Below, piece after piece: positions 26,594 through 40,020 of a stretch of DNA of 64,000 nt. The position numbers and the translations under genes are program-made. Under the pieces are notes generated by a model. It saw only the letters and a list, made by a program, of their open reading frames with translations. It ran no database searches and was not told the origin of the DNA. The number at the start of each line of letters is the position of its first letter. Within the stretch, counting starts at the first letter, position 1. The stretch lies in assembly GCA_028534125.1 (NCBI GenBank), contig CM052816.1, positions 65,536,001 to 65,600,000 on the forward strand, written 5' to 3'. This DNA comes from Lama glama (taxonomy: Eukaryota).

Positions 26594-26915
26594 TTGTGTG
26601 TGTGTGTGTAGGTGTGGTTGTATGTATGTGTGAGGTGAGAATGTGGTGTGCGTACATATGAATGTCATATGCGTGAGATTTTTATGTAAATGTGGTATGT
26701 GTAATGTGTGTATGATTACGTTCTGTGTGTTTGTGAGGTGTTTATGTGTGGGGGCTGTATGTCAAGTGTGTGTGTGTTCTGTGTGTTTGTGAGGTGAGTG
26801 TGTGTGAGGTGTGTATATATGTGTCTGGTATATGTGGTGTGTATGTGTGTGGTGTATGAGTGTGTGTGAGTTGAGTATGTGTGTAAACTCTTGTGTGTGG
26901 TGTGTGGGAGGTGGG
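26594..26915. repeat. Degenerate (TG)n-rich simple repeat, ~320 bp
   Basis: Interrupted TG/TA runs with an internal duplicated unit gttctgtgtgtttgtgaggtg. It explains the His/Thr-rich spurious ORFs here. Confidence 0.9.
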
Positions 26916-26989
26916 GGTTGCAGAAAGGAAAGGCAAGAGTAGAGACTGGACAAAGGAACATAGCTGGGAGTTCACCTTTTACTAGAATA

Positions 26990-27230
26990 GTTAGAACTCA
27001 AAGTGCTGTAGACTTGAACTTTAGAGTCTTGGGGTCAAGTCCTACTCAGCTCTATAGCTAGCTATTTAATATTTGAAAGCAACTTAGTATATTTGAATCT
27101 TAGTTTTCTGATCTCTGGAAGAGCAGGACTTGTAACTTAAATGCTCTGAGGGTTAAATGAATAGTGGTTAGGCTGAGGTTACTGATAAACTGTAAAATAC
27201 TATATAAATGTAAATTTTTGCTTATTTTTA
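26990..27230 (+). mobile_element. MIR SINE
   Basis: ttggggtcaagtcctactcagct...tcttagttttctgatctctg...tgagggttaaatga. Confidence 0.55.
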
Positions 27231-27639
27231 TTAGTAGTGATATTATTTTTCCATTTTATGTTGAAATTCCAGAACAGCAACATAAGTATGCAGGATATTA
27301 TAATAAGAAATCTATCACTATGTGCTTCTATCTTTGAGGAATTTTTAAAGTTAATTTTTGTGGATAATACATGGCATGTTGTATCAAAAAGAAGAAAGAC
27401 TTATACTGTTATAATCCCATGTCTTGTGAATGTCTGGGATATTTAGGATTATTATATTATTATTATATTTAGCATTACAGTGTTAATTCATGGAATAACA
27501 AAGACTGTTTTAACTAGGACCTTTGCTCTAAGATGTGCTGCAGCAAACACTTCCATATTAGAAGAATTTGGTATTGACTTTTTTAGATACTTACTTTTTA
27601 GGTGCATGGGAATGGATGAAAATGACATAGTACATAGCC

Positions 27640-28850
27640 ATTCCTCAAATAGGTGAGCATAGTATTACTATGCAATCCAGCAGTTCTGCTTCTAAGTATA
27701 GACTCCAAAGAATTGAAAACATACATTCTCACAAAAACTTGTAAATGAACATTTGTAGCAGCATTATTCATAAAAGCCAAAAAGTGGAAACAATCCAAAA
27801 ACCCATTAACTGATGAATGGATGAATTTGGTATATCCATACAATGGAAGATTGTTGGACAATGAAAAGTTATTCAGTACTAATACGTGCTATTACATGGA
27901 TGAACCTTGAAAACCTGCTAAGTGAAAGAAGCCAAAACAGCATATTACCTGATTCCGTTTATAGGAAATTTCTATAAGAAAATTATAATTTGAAAAGACA
28001 CATGCACCCCAATGTTCATAGCAGCATTATTTACAATAGCTAAGACATGGAAACAACCTAAATGTCCACTGACAGATGGCTGAATTAAAAAAATGTGACA
28101 CACACACACACACACACTGGAGTACTACTCAGCCATAAAAAAGAATGAAATAATACCATTTGCAGCAATATGGGTGGACCTAGAGATTATCTATTTAAGT
28201 GAAGTAAGTCAGACAGAGAAAGACAAATATCAAATGATGTCACTTATATGTGGAATCTAAAAAAAAATACAATTTCTATTTACAAACCAAAAACAGCCAT
28301 ATGGACATAGAAAGCAAACTATGATTACCAAAGGGGAAAGGGCAAGGGAGGGATAAATTAGGACTTTGAGATTGACAGATACACATTACTATATATAAAA
28401 TAGATAAACAACAAGGACCTACGGTATAGCACAGGGAACTATATTCGATTTCTTATACTAATATATGATGGAAAAGAATCAGAAAAGAAAATATATATAT
28501 ATGTATGTATATGTATAGCTGAATCACTTTGCTGTACATCTGAAACTAACATTGTAAATCAATTACGCTTCAATAAAGATAAAATTAAAAAAAAGAAATT
28601 TCCATAATAGACAAATCTCTAGACACAGAAAGTGTGTTAGTTGTTACCTGGGCCTGGGGAGTGGCATGAGGGGTTGGAGGTTAATGCCTAAGGGGTGAGA
28701 GATTTCTTTCGGGGGGTAATGAAAATGTTCTAAAATTTTGATTGGATGTATAACCCCGTGAATATACTAAAAGCCATTGAATTATACAGTCTAAATGGGT
28801 GAGTTATGTGGTATTTGAATTCTATTTTGACAAAACTGTTGAAAAAAAAC
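27640..28850 (+). mobile_element. Older L1M (L1MB-like) 3' end split by a younger L1
   Basis: Decayed ORF2 end and 3' UTR (gcagcattattcataaaagccaaaaagtggaaacaatccaaa; catggatgaaccttgaaaac). It resumes after 28595 and ends in an A tail at ~28850. Confidence 0.85.
27978..28594 (+). mobile_element. Lineage-specific L1 3' end (5' truncated), nested
   Basis: aaaagacacatgcaccccaatgttcatagcagc..., AATAAA and A tail. TSD gaaatttctataa (27965-27977) / gaaatttccataa (28595-28607). Confidence 0.92.
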
Positions 28851-31334
28851 ATAAAACATTTTTTCCTAAGAAATGAACCCTCCGCATTTATTGTACCAAA
28901 AGTTCTGGGAGGAGCCACTTATGACCTTCCTTGATGCAAGTCAACAAACACAGACAGGATAGGAGGGATTATACTAACAAAGCATTCCAGACCACAAAGG
29001 CTGCCCAGAAGCTGACACTTTTGTCCAGGGGAGTGACTGGCTGTTGGAAATAGAGGAGCCACTCTGGGCTTTTAGCATATAGCAATGTAGTCGTAACCAG
29101 CAGGCTCTGAGAAATGCTAGGGGAAGGGCCATTCTCTCCTCTTCTCTCCCCTCCCTCTTCCTTCTTCTCCCTCTCCCTTCCTCTCTTCCTCCATAAATTG
29201 CTCTTATGATTCATTAACTTAGAATCATAGTTGTACATATGGAGTAACTTGTTTCTTTGCTTCCGTGGTTTTGAAATATTTTCTTCGACAAGATTGGGGG
29301 AAGTGCAGAGTTAGAGTGAGTCCTCTGTGGCCTAATTGCTAACAGGAAGAATTTTCATGTATGAATTCCCTCATTCTTTGCTCTTTCTGTGACTTCTAAC
29401 TGTATCTCCAATCCCAGAGTAGTGGGTTCTGCTTTTACAGTCTTACCATGTCCACCTCATTCCACTTCTACATACAATATTTTTTTTTTACTTTTTTTCA
29501 AGAAGAAAGAGTTTATTGTAGGTTGGATACACTTGTAGGAGGCAAAAGTCTAACAATGAGGATGAACTACAGGCCCAGCCATTTAGGAGATGAGCATGTA
29601 AAACAAATACACTGATGTGTATAATCATTAAAAAGGGCAGAGTGGTGGGAGAAAAGGAAAAACTCGCTATGGTTCCATATGGTCTCTCAGGAATAAAATG
29701 TGTACTCCTACTACATTCTCACATGTAATCACTGCCTTTTTAAAACCTTTTTTCCCCTTAACATTTAGTTAAAGAATAGTCAGCTCAGTATACAGCTGTG
29801 TGAACCTAACCAATGGATGTGTTTTATTAGCTTCAGTTTTGAAATGGAGGATAATATCTTTCAGTTATAAAAACTGATATTTCTACAAAGTGTCATTTTC
29901 TGCATTGAAATGTTTCTGGAATGTGACACTTCAATTCTAATTGCTATTATTAAATATCCATGAATTTGTTTTGAATAAGCAGAGCCAGATAAGTGGTGTT
30001 TATGTACCTGCAACACTATCTAAGATTGCTTCCTCAGCATGGAGAAAATCACTGGCTTCCGAATAAGAGAATTCAGCCTCTCCTGTTTGTGAGTCCTAAG
30101 TTAACTGCATGTATAGTTCTGAGTTTCTATGATACAATTTGTGAAAAAAATGAACATACAATCAGATCTAATTGATATATTTAAAGGTGTGTTTCCTGAT
30201 CTCATTTATGGAAGTATTGCAACTTAAAGAATAGTTGAGGGGACATGGTTTTGTAAGTACTCTTCTGGAAAGAAAAATGGGTAGATGGTAAAGTCCTGAG
30301 ACCTTTACCATCAAACAAGCACACAATTATAAGGAAGTTTAAAAGGCCACTGTGAAATGTATACCTTGTAATTACGTTAACATCGATATCTATTTAAAGT
30401 AGATACCAGTATTCGTTCTAAGACTTTCATATGTTTTGCAGGGAGGGAGCTGTCTCAGTGTACTCAGTGTGCTTATCATTCCATACCCTGAGCATACAGT
30501 ACAAACATATTGTGCAAGCAGAGAGTCTGGGCTGGGATGTGTCAGTGCTTACGTGGCATTTCAGCAGAGCTGTGCAGAACGGAAAATGTGGAGAACTGAA
30601 AAGGGTTCTAGAGTTCACTTTTTTCAGTGGTTTTCAGAGTTAAATAGTCAATTCTTGTGAAAAATGAGTGATCCGAGGCGAGGACTAGCTGCTACCCTCA
30701 AATGCTCCCAAATGATTGGTTCACAGACTGTAAAACAGAGAAGACGACTCTGAGGAAGAGATTTTGGGGACCACCACCTGTGGCGGGGAGGGAAGAAAGC
30801 AGACCTGGAGAAGAGGGAGAAGGAAAGGTTGGTCTGCAGTGCAGTCTCGAGCAGGGCCTCAGGGGACCCCACAGAGAGTCCTGAAGCCGGGGTGATCTGT
30901 GGTCCTTCAGAGCTGCCCTGAGCAACTCTGAGCTGGGCCTTCAAACCCTCTTGTTAACTCGATGTGAAATGTTTGGACAAGGTGGCCCTCTGTAACTGAG
31001 GCAGTGCACAAAGAGGGCTGACAGCTGAGAGGACTTCCTGAACCTCAGGAAATGAGACTTTCGTTCCTGAAGGGCTTATCACGACAGCATCCATTGCAAA
31101 TGGTGAGATGTTTTGGAACCAGAAGGCGCTGAAAATGCCTGTGGATGGATTCCTAGCTGCTTTCATTCCTTCATTTCCTTCTTTCTCTCTCTGAATCCCA
31201 GTGTTTTCACAAAAATACTTTAAAGGACTAGGTTGTGTGTTGTCATGAGGAAGGAGCAGAAATGATCATTTTTTTATAAATCCAACTATTCTTTTAATGT
31301 CAAGACATGAATTATTATTGTACTCAATAATTGG

Positions 31335-31726
31335 TAAGTGAAGTAAGTCAGGCAGAGAAGACAAATATTATATGATGTTGCTTATATGTGTAATCTAAAA
31401 AAAAAATACAAATTTTATTTATAAGCCAGAAACAGACTCACAGACATAGGAAACAAAGTGTGCTTACCAGGGGGAAATGTGGTGGGGAGGGATGGATTAG
31501 GAGTTTGGGATTAACAGACACACACTTCCATGTATAAAATAGATAAACAACAAGGACTTACTGTATAGCACAGGGAACTGTAGTCAATTTCTTGTCATGA
31601 GCTGTAATGGAAAAGAAACTGAATATATATATGTATGTACATATATGTATAACTGAATCACTTTGCTGTACACCTGAAACTAACATCTTAAACTGACTAC
31701 ACTTCAGTAAAAAATAATTAAAAAAA
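31335..31726 (+). mobile_element. Lineage-specific L1 3' UTR fragment
   Basis: Colinear with 28196-28594 (taagtgaagtaagtcag...aaatagataaacaacaaggac...gaatcactttgctgtaca). Confidence 0.9.
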
Positions 31727-33120
31727 TTGTTTTTCATGGAAAAATTAGTTCCACATATCTGATGACTCTACTACTCCCTGTGACAGTTCCTGTCTATGTA
31801 ACATTAGCATCCTGACAGGTAGAATGTCAGGAGGAAGGTCCAGATAAAATTATTTTTTTCTTTCATATTGAAGAACAGTAAAAAGAAAGCATATTTATTG
31901 AGCACCTGCTAAATGTGACATCATAGATATCACATTTTCTTATTTCACCATTGTCTGATTAAAACACACACACACATGCACACACACACAAATGTGCACA
32001 TAAGATAAAAATTCTACAAATATATATATATATATATATATATAGGCAGGGTAATTCATCTGAAAAACCTGAAATAAATGGGGGTGAGAACCTCTGGACT
32101 AAGTTTCAATGTAAGCAAGTGGGTTATTTAAATTCTCTCAATATAGGAACTTCAAGTGAATAACGCAGCATGACTATGGACCACAATTCAGGAACAATCT
32201 GTAAAGCAAAATATAGAGGCACTAATTTTGTTGCATTTGCAGCCCACATATCGTAACACTGGGTTTATTCCTGTTATTCTGGCTAAAGATGAGTCAAGGA
32301 CCTCTAATATAGCCATTCCTAAAAGGTAGTAATTGATTCAGAAAGTGAGACCGAGAGAAATCCTAGAAGTTTGACCTTCAGATCAGTTTAACTATAGGTC
32401 AATAGTACGTTACTTAGACAATGCAGTACCTCAAATTCCCGCAGTTGACTACCAACATACTATTTTCCCTCAGATAATTTGATTAAGAGTAGTCAATATA
32501 GGTCGTTTTGTCCCACTGATAATTTGCTGATTCAGGGAACAGGCAACATGCAGACACGATGTAGGCACAGCTCAGGCCAGTCACATGGAATATAGTCGCC
32601 TGACTTTCCTGTTTTCCTTCAAGTGTCGTATTTGAAGAGTAGCTCTTAATGGTCAGTGAAACCAAAGCTTGTTCTAAATTCCCTAGACTCTACTTCATGC
32701 GTGATTATATCTATCTTGGTATGAAATCCTTTTCCTCTTGGAGTTAATAACACTGAGACAACTTCTAAAGATGCTAGGTTTTATCATTATTATGGGGAAA
32801 GGGGGAGGGCAAACTCTAGTCTGGGCTTTGTGTGTCATTAGTGAGTTTGAATTATGATTTCTTGGAGTGATAAGTCATGATTAAATAGCCACATGTAAGG
32901 AAAACTGATCCAGTAAAGAAAAGCACTGAGAGTTTTCCAAATTTCTACATCTGGATACAAATTATATAGACATTTAGGAAGCATCCTCACTTGTGTTCTT
33001 ACAGTGCCTTTGGATAACATGAAGGGCTGTAAATGTAAACTGACATTAAGTTGTGTTACACATACGAAAAGAGTTAATTTAGCAATCCATTATCCCATCA
33101 GCTCATTTTTAACCATATAT

Positions 33121-33750
33121 TTTTTCTTTCCAAAATTATTTTAAGAACTCCATTGAGGTAAAACCGTATACAATATACTGCATATATTGAAAGTATACAA
33201 TTTGCCAAATTTTGATATATGTATCCACACCTGTGAAAAAAATTACCGAAATCAAGATAATACATACACATAGCTGTTACCCCTAGAAGTTTTCTCTTGC
33301 CGCTTTGTTATACCTGATTCCTGCCTTTTTCTAGAAACCCCACGGTCCCCAAGCTGATGGAGGGGAGCCCGTGCAGGTGCCCCAAGCTCTCCGTGTGTAC
33401 CACTCTCCCCTCTGTCACTCCGCTCAGCAAACTCTACCTGCCTTGACCCCCCCCCCAAATTCCCAGCTCCATCTCCTCAATTAAGGGACACTGTCGGTCT
33501 CTTGCTGGGTTTCTCCTCTCTGTGAGGAGGCCTCGAAACTCTCTCTTTCTCCAGGCAGAAAGCTGGGGCAATACTAGGGCTCGCCTGATGTGTTTGCCTT
33601 TTCTCTACTTACCTTCCTATGCTACCTGTTGCCTAATGTCTGAAAATGGTTGTTTTGTATATTTTGTCTAGTTTTGCAATTCTTTTATGAGGGAGTATAA
33701 CCCTGGTTCCTTTTACTTCCTTTTGACAGGAAGCAGAAGTCTCCCCAGTT
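33121..33750 (-). mobile_element. Old L1M element with its 5' end joined directly to its 3' end
   Basis: 33355-33745 resembles an L1MC/MD 5'-end consensus (reverse ...aagctggggcaatactagggctc...aagcagaagtc). 33124-33354 resembles an L1MD/ME 3' end in the same orientation. Flanked by accatatat(a)ttt on both sides. Confidence 0.6.
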
Positions 33751-34984
33751 ACCATATATATTTGATTCTTCTGGTTGGCATTTGAAAAGAAGAATATTTT
33801 AGAGATTGATTATTTTTATACCAAGTGATATTTTTGTTATATTGATTTTACTGAAAGAGAGGAAGTTGATTAGATGTATTTAGTTATACAAGTTACAAAA
33901 GATCATGTAAAGAAAATTAGAAAAATCCAGATGAACAAAAACTGATAAAAAGATTACTTGTAATTATAGGACAGCTGTTAACATTTTGTAGCCTATTTTT
34001 TTAGAATTTTTTTCTTAGCTAGATGTTTACAGAGATATCAAAAACAACATATATTTAGTAAGAACATATTATAATACTGCTATTTAAATGAAAATATTTG
34101 AAGCCCTAGAACTAGTAAATAGTTCTCAGCAAAAATTTTAAAATTACACATATGTGTGTATATATTTTATATATATATAAAGTGAAAATTGTTGTCCTTT
34201 TACTCCCACCCTCGGAGGGACCTGTTAAATGTCATATAGTTTTTTACAGAGTCATTTCTATGCATACACAAACACACTGGAAGTATCTTTCCAGACAAAG
34301 GAAAAGAAATCATTCTGTAGATTTATTTTTCTCTTTTTCTTTCTAACTTAATCCATACAGATAAATTCCACCGTTTAATCAGCCCCCGGAGATGCCATCC
34401 TTTGGATGAACCATGGTATTTTTAACCAATTTGCTAACAGACGTTTATCTTTCTGCTAATTTGTTAACATTGTTCACTTGTTTATTTCCTTAGGATTAAT
34501 TTGTAGAGAAGTTGCTAAATCAAAAATAATGTCCATTTAATATTACACTAGTTCTGGCCAAATTACCCTCTGGAAATCTATACTTTTTTCTCAGGAGTAT
34601 ATTAGTGTCTCTTTTCAAAAACCCACTCTAAACCCTTAACATTTTTTTTTAATCTTTTAAATCTTTGCCCAAAAGATAAATAGAAATGAATACTTGTGTT
34701 ATTTTCATTGTCATTTCTTTGTTATTAGTTAGATTCCAACTTGTTTATCGGCCTTTTGGAGAGAAATAGGGATTCTCTGCCTATGGACTTTGCCTAGTTT
34801 TGTATTCTCAAGTTCATCTTAAAGGCTTTTTTTTTCCCCCTTGAATAAGTTTGTCACATTTTTAAGGATTCTTGTTATGATTTTTATTTAAATAAAATTG
34901 AGATTATAGGGAAATTGGAGAGGGCTTGCTGTCTGAATATGGTATGCCTTCTGCAGAGGGAGTAGAGGCGTGAGGGGGGTGGAG

Positions 34985-35157
34985 GGATTCAGAAAGAACC
35001 TGAGGAAAGTCTTAGGAGTGATGGATGTGTTCACTACCTTGCTTGTGGTGATGTCACAGGTATATGTATCCGGCACAACTTGTCAAACTGTACAATTTAA
35101 ATGTGTGCAGCTAATTTTATCTCAGTCGTGGCTCAACAAAGCTGTAATTTTTAAAAA
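34985..35157 (+). mobile_element. Old L1M terminal 3' fragment
   Basis: ggagtgatggatgtgttcactaccttgcttgtggtgatg...tgtacaatttaaatgtgtgcag...ctcaacaaagctg. Confidence 0.75.
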
Positions 35158-36011
35158 TGACACCAAGCATTCAATAAACAGCTTCCCACCAAAAATGAGA
35201 ATTGAACTTGAGCAGAACATTTTTTGTGTTATCTTGGTTGGATTTCTCCTGTCACAGTTACAGTGGCTTTCTAAAATAAATTGGGAAGCCCAGGAAAGTC
35301 ACTTTCACCTTCAAGATTAAAAAAACCAAACCAGTAAAATAAGTACTTCTGAATCAGACTCAATCTAAAAAAAAAAAAACCTGAAAAATAATTACAACTT
35401 CTGAGTAGCACTATATAGGAATCATTGTCTATAAATCTCTGGGAATGAAGGAGAGAAAATAAGATAGAAAGAGATATAGGATTGCTTTGAATCTCAACCA
35501 TGTAGTTAAAGAATGATAATGGCCTTATAGTACATTTTTAGAGATTTTTCAGTTTTAAGAAAGAGGCACACTTGAAAAATCTTTCCTTTGAGTACAAAAG
35601 TGACAATTTAATGGTTCCAAAAAGCAATATGAGCTTGAGTTGCACCCATATTTCTCAGGCAGGATTTATGGAGTTGAAGATTACTGAAAACATAGCAGAA
35701 GAACAGGTTACTAGGAAAAGGTGCCAAGTAATATCCACAGGGCTGTGAGCCAACCAGGGCTTCCTGTCTGTCCCAGTGGGGCAGTAGACTGCATTTTCAA
35801 GGTGGGGTCTAAGGAAAGTATCGTGTGTTGGCTGTGTGGTACCAAGGCACTTTCATCAGTTTTTATGAAATGACTTCAAAGTTTCCATGCCGTAAGAATG
35901 AGATAAATTTTGAATTAACTGCTTAAGTCAAAGTATCATGCTTAGAAGAAGGAGGAGAAAGAGAAAGTCGAGAAAGAGGCAGTCAAGAAGAAAAATGATG
36001 CAGTTGAAAGA

Positions 36012-36200
36012 CAGTGGTGTTGGAGTCTGGAGCACAGAGTTCAAGTCCCAGCTTTGATATTTACCAGCTGTGAAACACAGAAGTATTGTTTAGCTCTTCA
36101 GAACCTCAGTTTTCTTCAATCTGTAAATTTGTAATAAAATTTAGATACCTTTTAAGGTTATGGTAAACATCAAATGTCTTGATGGCATGTGTAAGTAGTT
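36012..36200 (+). mobile_element. MIR SINE
   Basis: ttggagtctggagcacagagttcaagtcccagctttg...accagctgtga...cctcagttttcttcaatctgtaaa. Confidence 0.7.
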
Positions 36201-38784
36201 TTCAAAATACAGCCCTGCTTTCTTTCTTTTTTTTTTTTAGTATTAGAAAGTGAATTTATTTCATAATACTGAATATCATAATTTGGCAGTGAAAAGTTTA
36301 TTTCTTTTTCTTTACTAATTTGATTAGGAAGCTCCTGTTTCATTCTCTTATAATAATTATCAACCTTACTTTCCAATAATGTTTTTGGTTCCAGATGCAC
36401 CCTGGTTTTAAATCTACAATAGTTTTCCTCCCTCTTTCAGTATCCTCTGTAGTGAGACCAGAGCTGATCAGTTATGTTGAGGTGTTAATGATAAAACAAA
36501 CCAACAAACAAAACCAAACCCTGTTACATCAAATTCAGTGAATTTGGACGACAACCAAATAAACTTTGCTGTATAATTCCCCCCCTCCCCACCACCACTA
36601 CAACCATACACTCACTGTATCTTTAAAATTTGAGAGGTAGAAGGAGAAGGTAATCGGAGCAAACAGATGGGGATGCGATAGCAGGGCGAGTATTGTAAAA
36701 TAAACTAGATTTTATTGCATCTGTCTTATATGTGTAGATGTGAGCAGATCTCTGTCCTAGGATCCTGTCATTGCTCTTCTTGTGCTCTGCCTGTTGACTG
36801 TTTCTACCAGGATGCCTTGAAGTCACCTTAATTCAGCATGTTCCATTTGGAACTCGTTATCCCCTCCCCAGTTGTTCAGGCTAGAAGACGTCAGGTTACC
36901 CTGGACTCTTCTCTCTCCTGAAATCTCTCCTCTGCCCCACATGGATCAGTCTCCTCATCCAGCTGATTCCATCTAAATATCCTTTCTGCTTTCACCATTT
37001 GGGCTTCCGTTGCCACTCACTAGGATTAGATTATGGGCATCTCAGTGTTTGGTCTCCTCTCTCCTCCAACTGTTTCATCGCTCAAATTAACACTACCAAG
37101 AACTATCATTCTAAAACACCAACTGTCTTTCCAAAACACAAGACTTTCTCTCCTCTATAGGGATTAAACCTTAGAGTATATTCATATAAATGAGCCAAGA
37201 TACATTAAAAATATGTTCACCACAGTTTTGTTTATAATAGGAATAAAAAAGGAAAGTATCCTAAATAACCCAAAAGAGGGGATTAGTTATACCAATAGAA
37301 TATAAAATAGCATTAAAATAGTGGTACAGCAATATCTTTAATAATTTGAAAAGCCACTTACGTTAATGATAAAAATTAAATTAATGAAAAATGTTCATAA
37401 AACTTTTCAAGAATATATTATGCTATAAAGAGAGATTTCTGGTGGCAGAATTCAGGAGGAATTTTTTGGTCCCACCACCCCAAAAGGCAAAAGCAAAATG
37501 AAACTAAAACTGAACAAAACCCTGCTATGTGGCTCTTTCTAAAAAGCAATATTTCTGGTAAGAATTTGAGTGACCAGCCAAAATCCTACCACTCAGGACA
37601 ACAAGTGCAATGCCACACAACAAATTCAATAATACCTTAACAGTCTTGAAAACCAGGGGCTTCCAGACCTCCCCTATCTGCTCCACTTTTTCAGGAAAAA
37701 TCTTTTTACAATCTCTAATATAAAATACCATGTGTTGTCCTCAGTCTGCTGTGTTTATGCCGTCTATTCAGAACTGGGTTTTTTCTTTATATTTCTTTAA
37801 AAAATAACTATGTTCATAGATATCTTTGAAGGCCAAAATAAATAAATAAATAAATAATGCTGTGAAGACTGAGGGAGATAGATAGAGTCAGATACACCCT
37901 CCCCTCTTCTTGTTTGGTTCTGTATCTGTCCCTCAACTAGGGCTCCTGAGAAGAATTGGTTATCCTCAAACACTTATGTTGACTCCATCACTGTCTCTTA
38001 AATGACATTTATAATCAAGCAGTTTTGTTAGTGGTGGTGGGATCTGGTGTTACTTACAGCCTTGCTCAGTCAGAAGGCTTGCGAGACCGTGAGGGCACAT
38101 ACGCACACATGCATACCCAGTAGCTTTGCAGTTCGCATACATTTTGACACCTACGGATCTAGGCGTTATTTTTACAGAAATGCTATTATTAAGTTCTGTG
38201 TAGTGTGATATGTTGGGGATTTGGTTTTCAGTTTTTAATAGTCAGTTGGCTCATAGCAAATATCTTAATCATTGTCAAGAAAAAACTGATTTTAAATCAC
38301 TCCACTTTCTATATTGTTTTCTGTCTGCCTCCCCCTACACACCATTTCTCTTTTATATAATGAAATATAATTGGCATGAGTAATGACATTAAGTTAAGTA
38401 ATATCAACTAGTTACTGGTGTTAAGTAGCTGCACACAAAGATTAGTGGAGAATTCTGAGAAAGACAGCTAAATAGTCAACACTGGCCCTTTTGGTATTTC
38501 CACGGTGACTTACTATATATGAAGATAGATCTTTCAAATGTAGGGAACGGTAGTGTTTTAAAATACTCCATGATGAATAGTTTTAGGGCTTTGAGCATAA
38601 GTATTGACTTTTCTGTTACAAATAGATGGATGTTTACATTACTCAAACTTTATTAGTTTTGCTTTAGGATTGTAAAAATTACCAATGAATCTTAAAATCT
38701 TTTGGTCCAAAAGAAAAGTAATATCTCAATAATAAAACAAACAAACAAGCAACAAAGAAAAACTTTTTTTTTTAGGTGATGTGG

Positions 38785-39030
38785 TGAGGTGAGATGGATT
38801 GTGACTAAGAAAATAGAATGTGGGGTGTGATCAGTCTGGGCTCAAACCCGCCTTCTAGACCTCAACTAGCTAGATAACTTTAGGCACCTCACCCAAACTG
38901 TTTAAGCACTAGTTTCCTCCCCTGCAAAATGACAATAGTGATAACACATAATTGATCATGTCATTATCAGATACAGTTGGGCACTGCCAGGTAAAGTACT
39001 GAGAGTGTGCTTGGTACTCAAGATATATTT
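38785..39030 (+). mobile_element. MIR SINE
   Basis: ctgggctcaaacccgcc...actagctagataactttaggca...agtttcctcccctgcaaaatga. Confidence 0.7.
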
Positions 39031-39902
39031 TTAAATCATTTTTAATATTTCTAAGAGCTGTCATTTACAGGTAGTAAAAGTTCTGCCTTTTCCTTGCATT
39101 TCACCGTATAGTTTATAACGTATCACCACAAACATGACCTCATTTTATCCTCACCATTAGCATGACACAGAGAAATTATAAATGAGTCTCAAAAAGTTCA
39201 GTGACTTAGCTAAGGTTCTACAGCGGGTCAAAGTACTTCTTCTGAAGATCACACTGAAGCTAATGGATATATCTGTATCTGTGTCTTTATCTGTCTACAC
39301 CTACCTCCTAGAATATAGGTAGGCGTATTTAGGATCGGCAGTGGTTGTATTTCTGTATGTTCATTTCTGGCATTGGATGTGATTCCTACTATAAAAGTTG
39401 CGACCTTGCCACTCATGGAACAGATGGCTATGCCTGATAAAGTCAGGCCATATTTAGAAAATTTCTAAAAAGCTTTTCTCATTTGGCTAAATGTTTCTGC
39501 CCACTGAAATGGTTTCTTTTCATCAACTGAGCAAACCAATCCATGGACCGTCTTCTCACAAGAGCTCTCAGCCATCTGTTCTCAGGAAGGCCCGTGTTGA
39601 ACTTATGTTTTCAGAAGTGAACTTTCACATGCTCCAGAAGAGAAGGTCAAAGCTTCTTTGACAAAAGGGAGGGTCTGTGAATGTGCACACTTACTCATTA
39701 ATAAGGGAATTATCTGTCCTCATGGAAATATGACTTTGAACAATTTGTTGTCTTCTGAAGCAAGATAATATGAGTATCAACATGTACATGTGAAAGACAA
39801 GAGAAGGCAGTGGGAGAAAAGACTAAGAGAAGAGGATTATAGATTTTACGTAACACTGTTTAAATTTGCCTGAACTTTACAGTAGCCTAAACAGGTGCTG
39901 TA

Positions 39903-40020
39903 TATTTATGTATGTATATGTATATGATATGTGTGTGTGTGTGTGTGTATGTGTATATATATATATATATAAATATATATAATATGTGTATATATGTATA
40001 ATATGTATCTGTATGTGATA
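39903..40020. repeat. Compound (TG)n/(TA)n microsatellite
   Basis: Directly visible alternating purine-pyrimidine runs. Confidence 0.9.

Noticed and set aside
26716..26975. His/Thr-rich ORFs
   Set aside because: Translation of the (CA)n-rich simple repeat.
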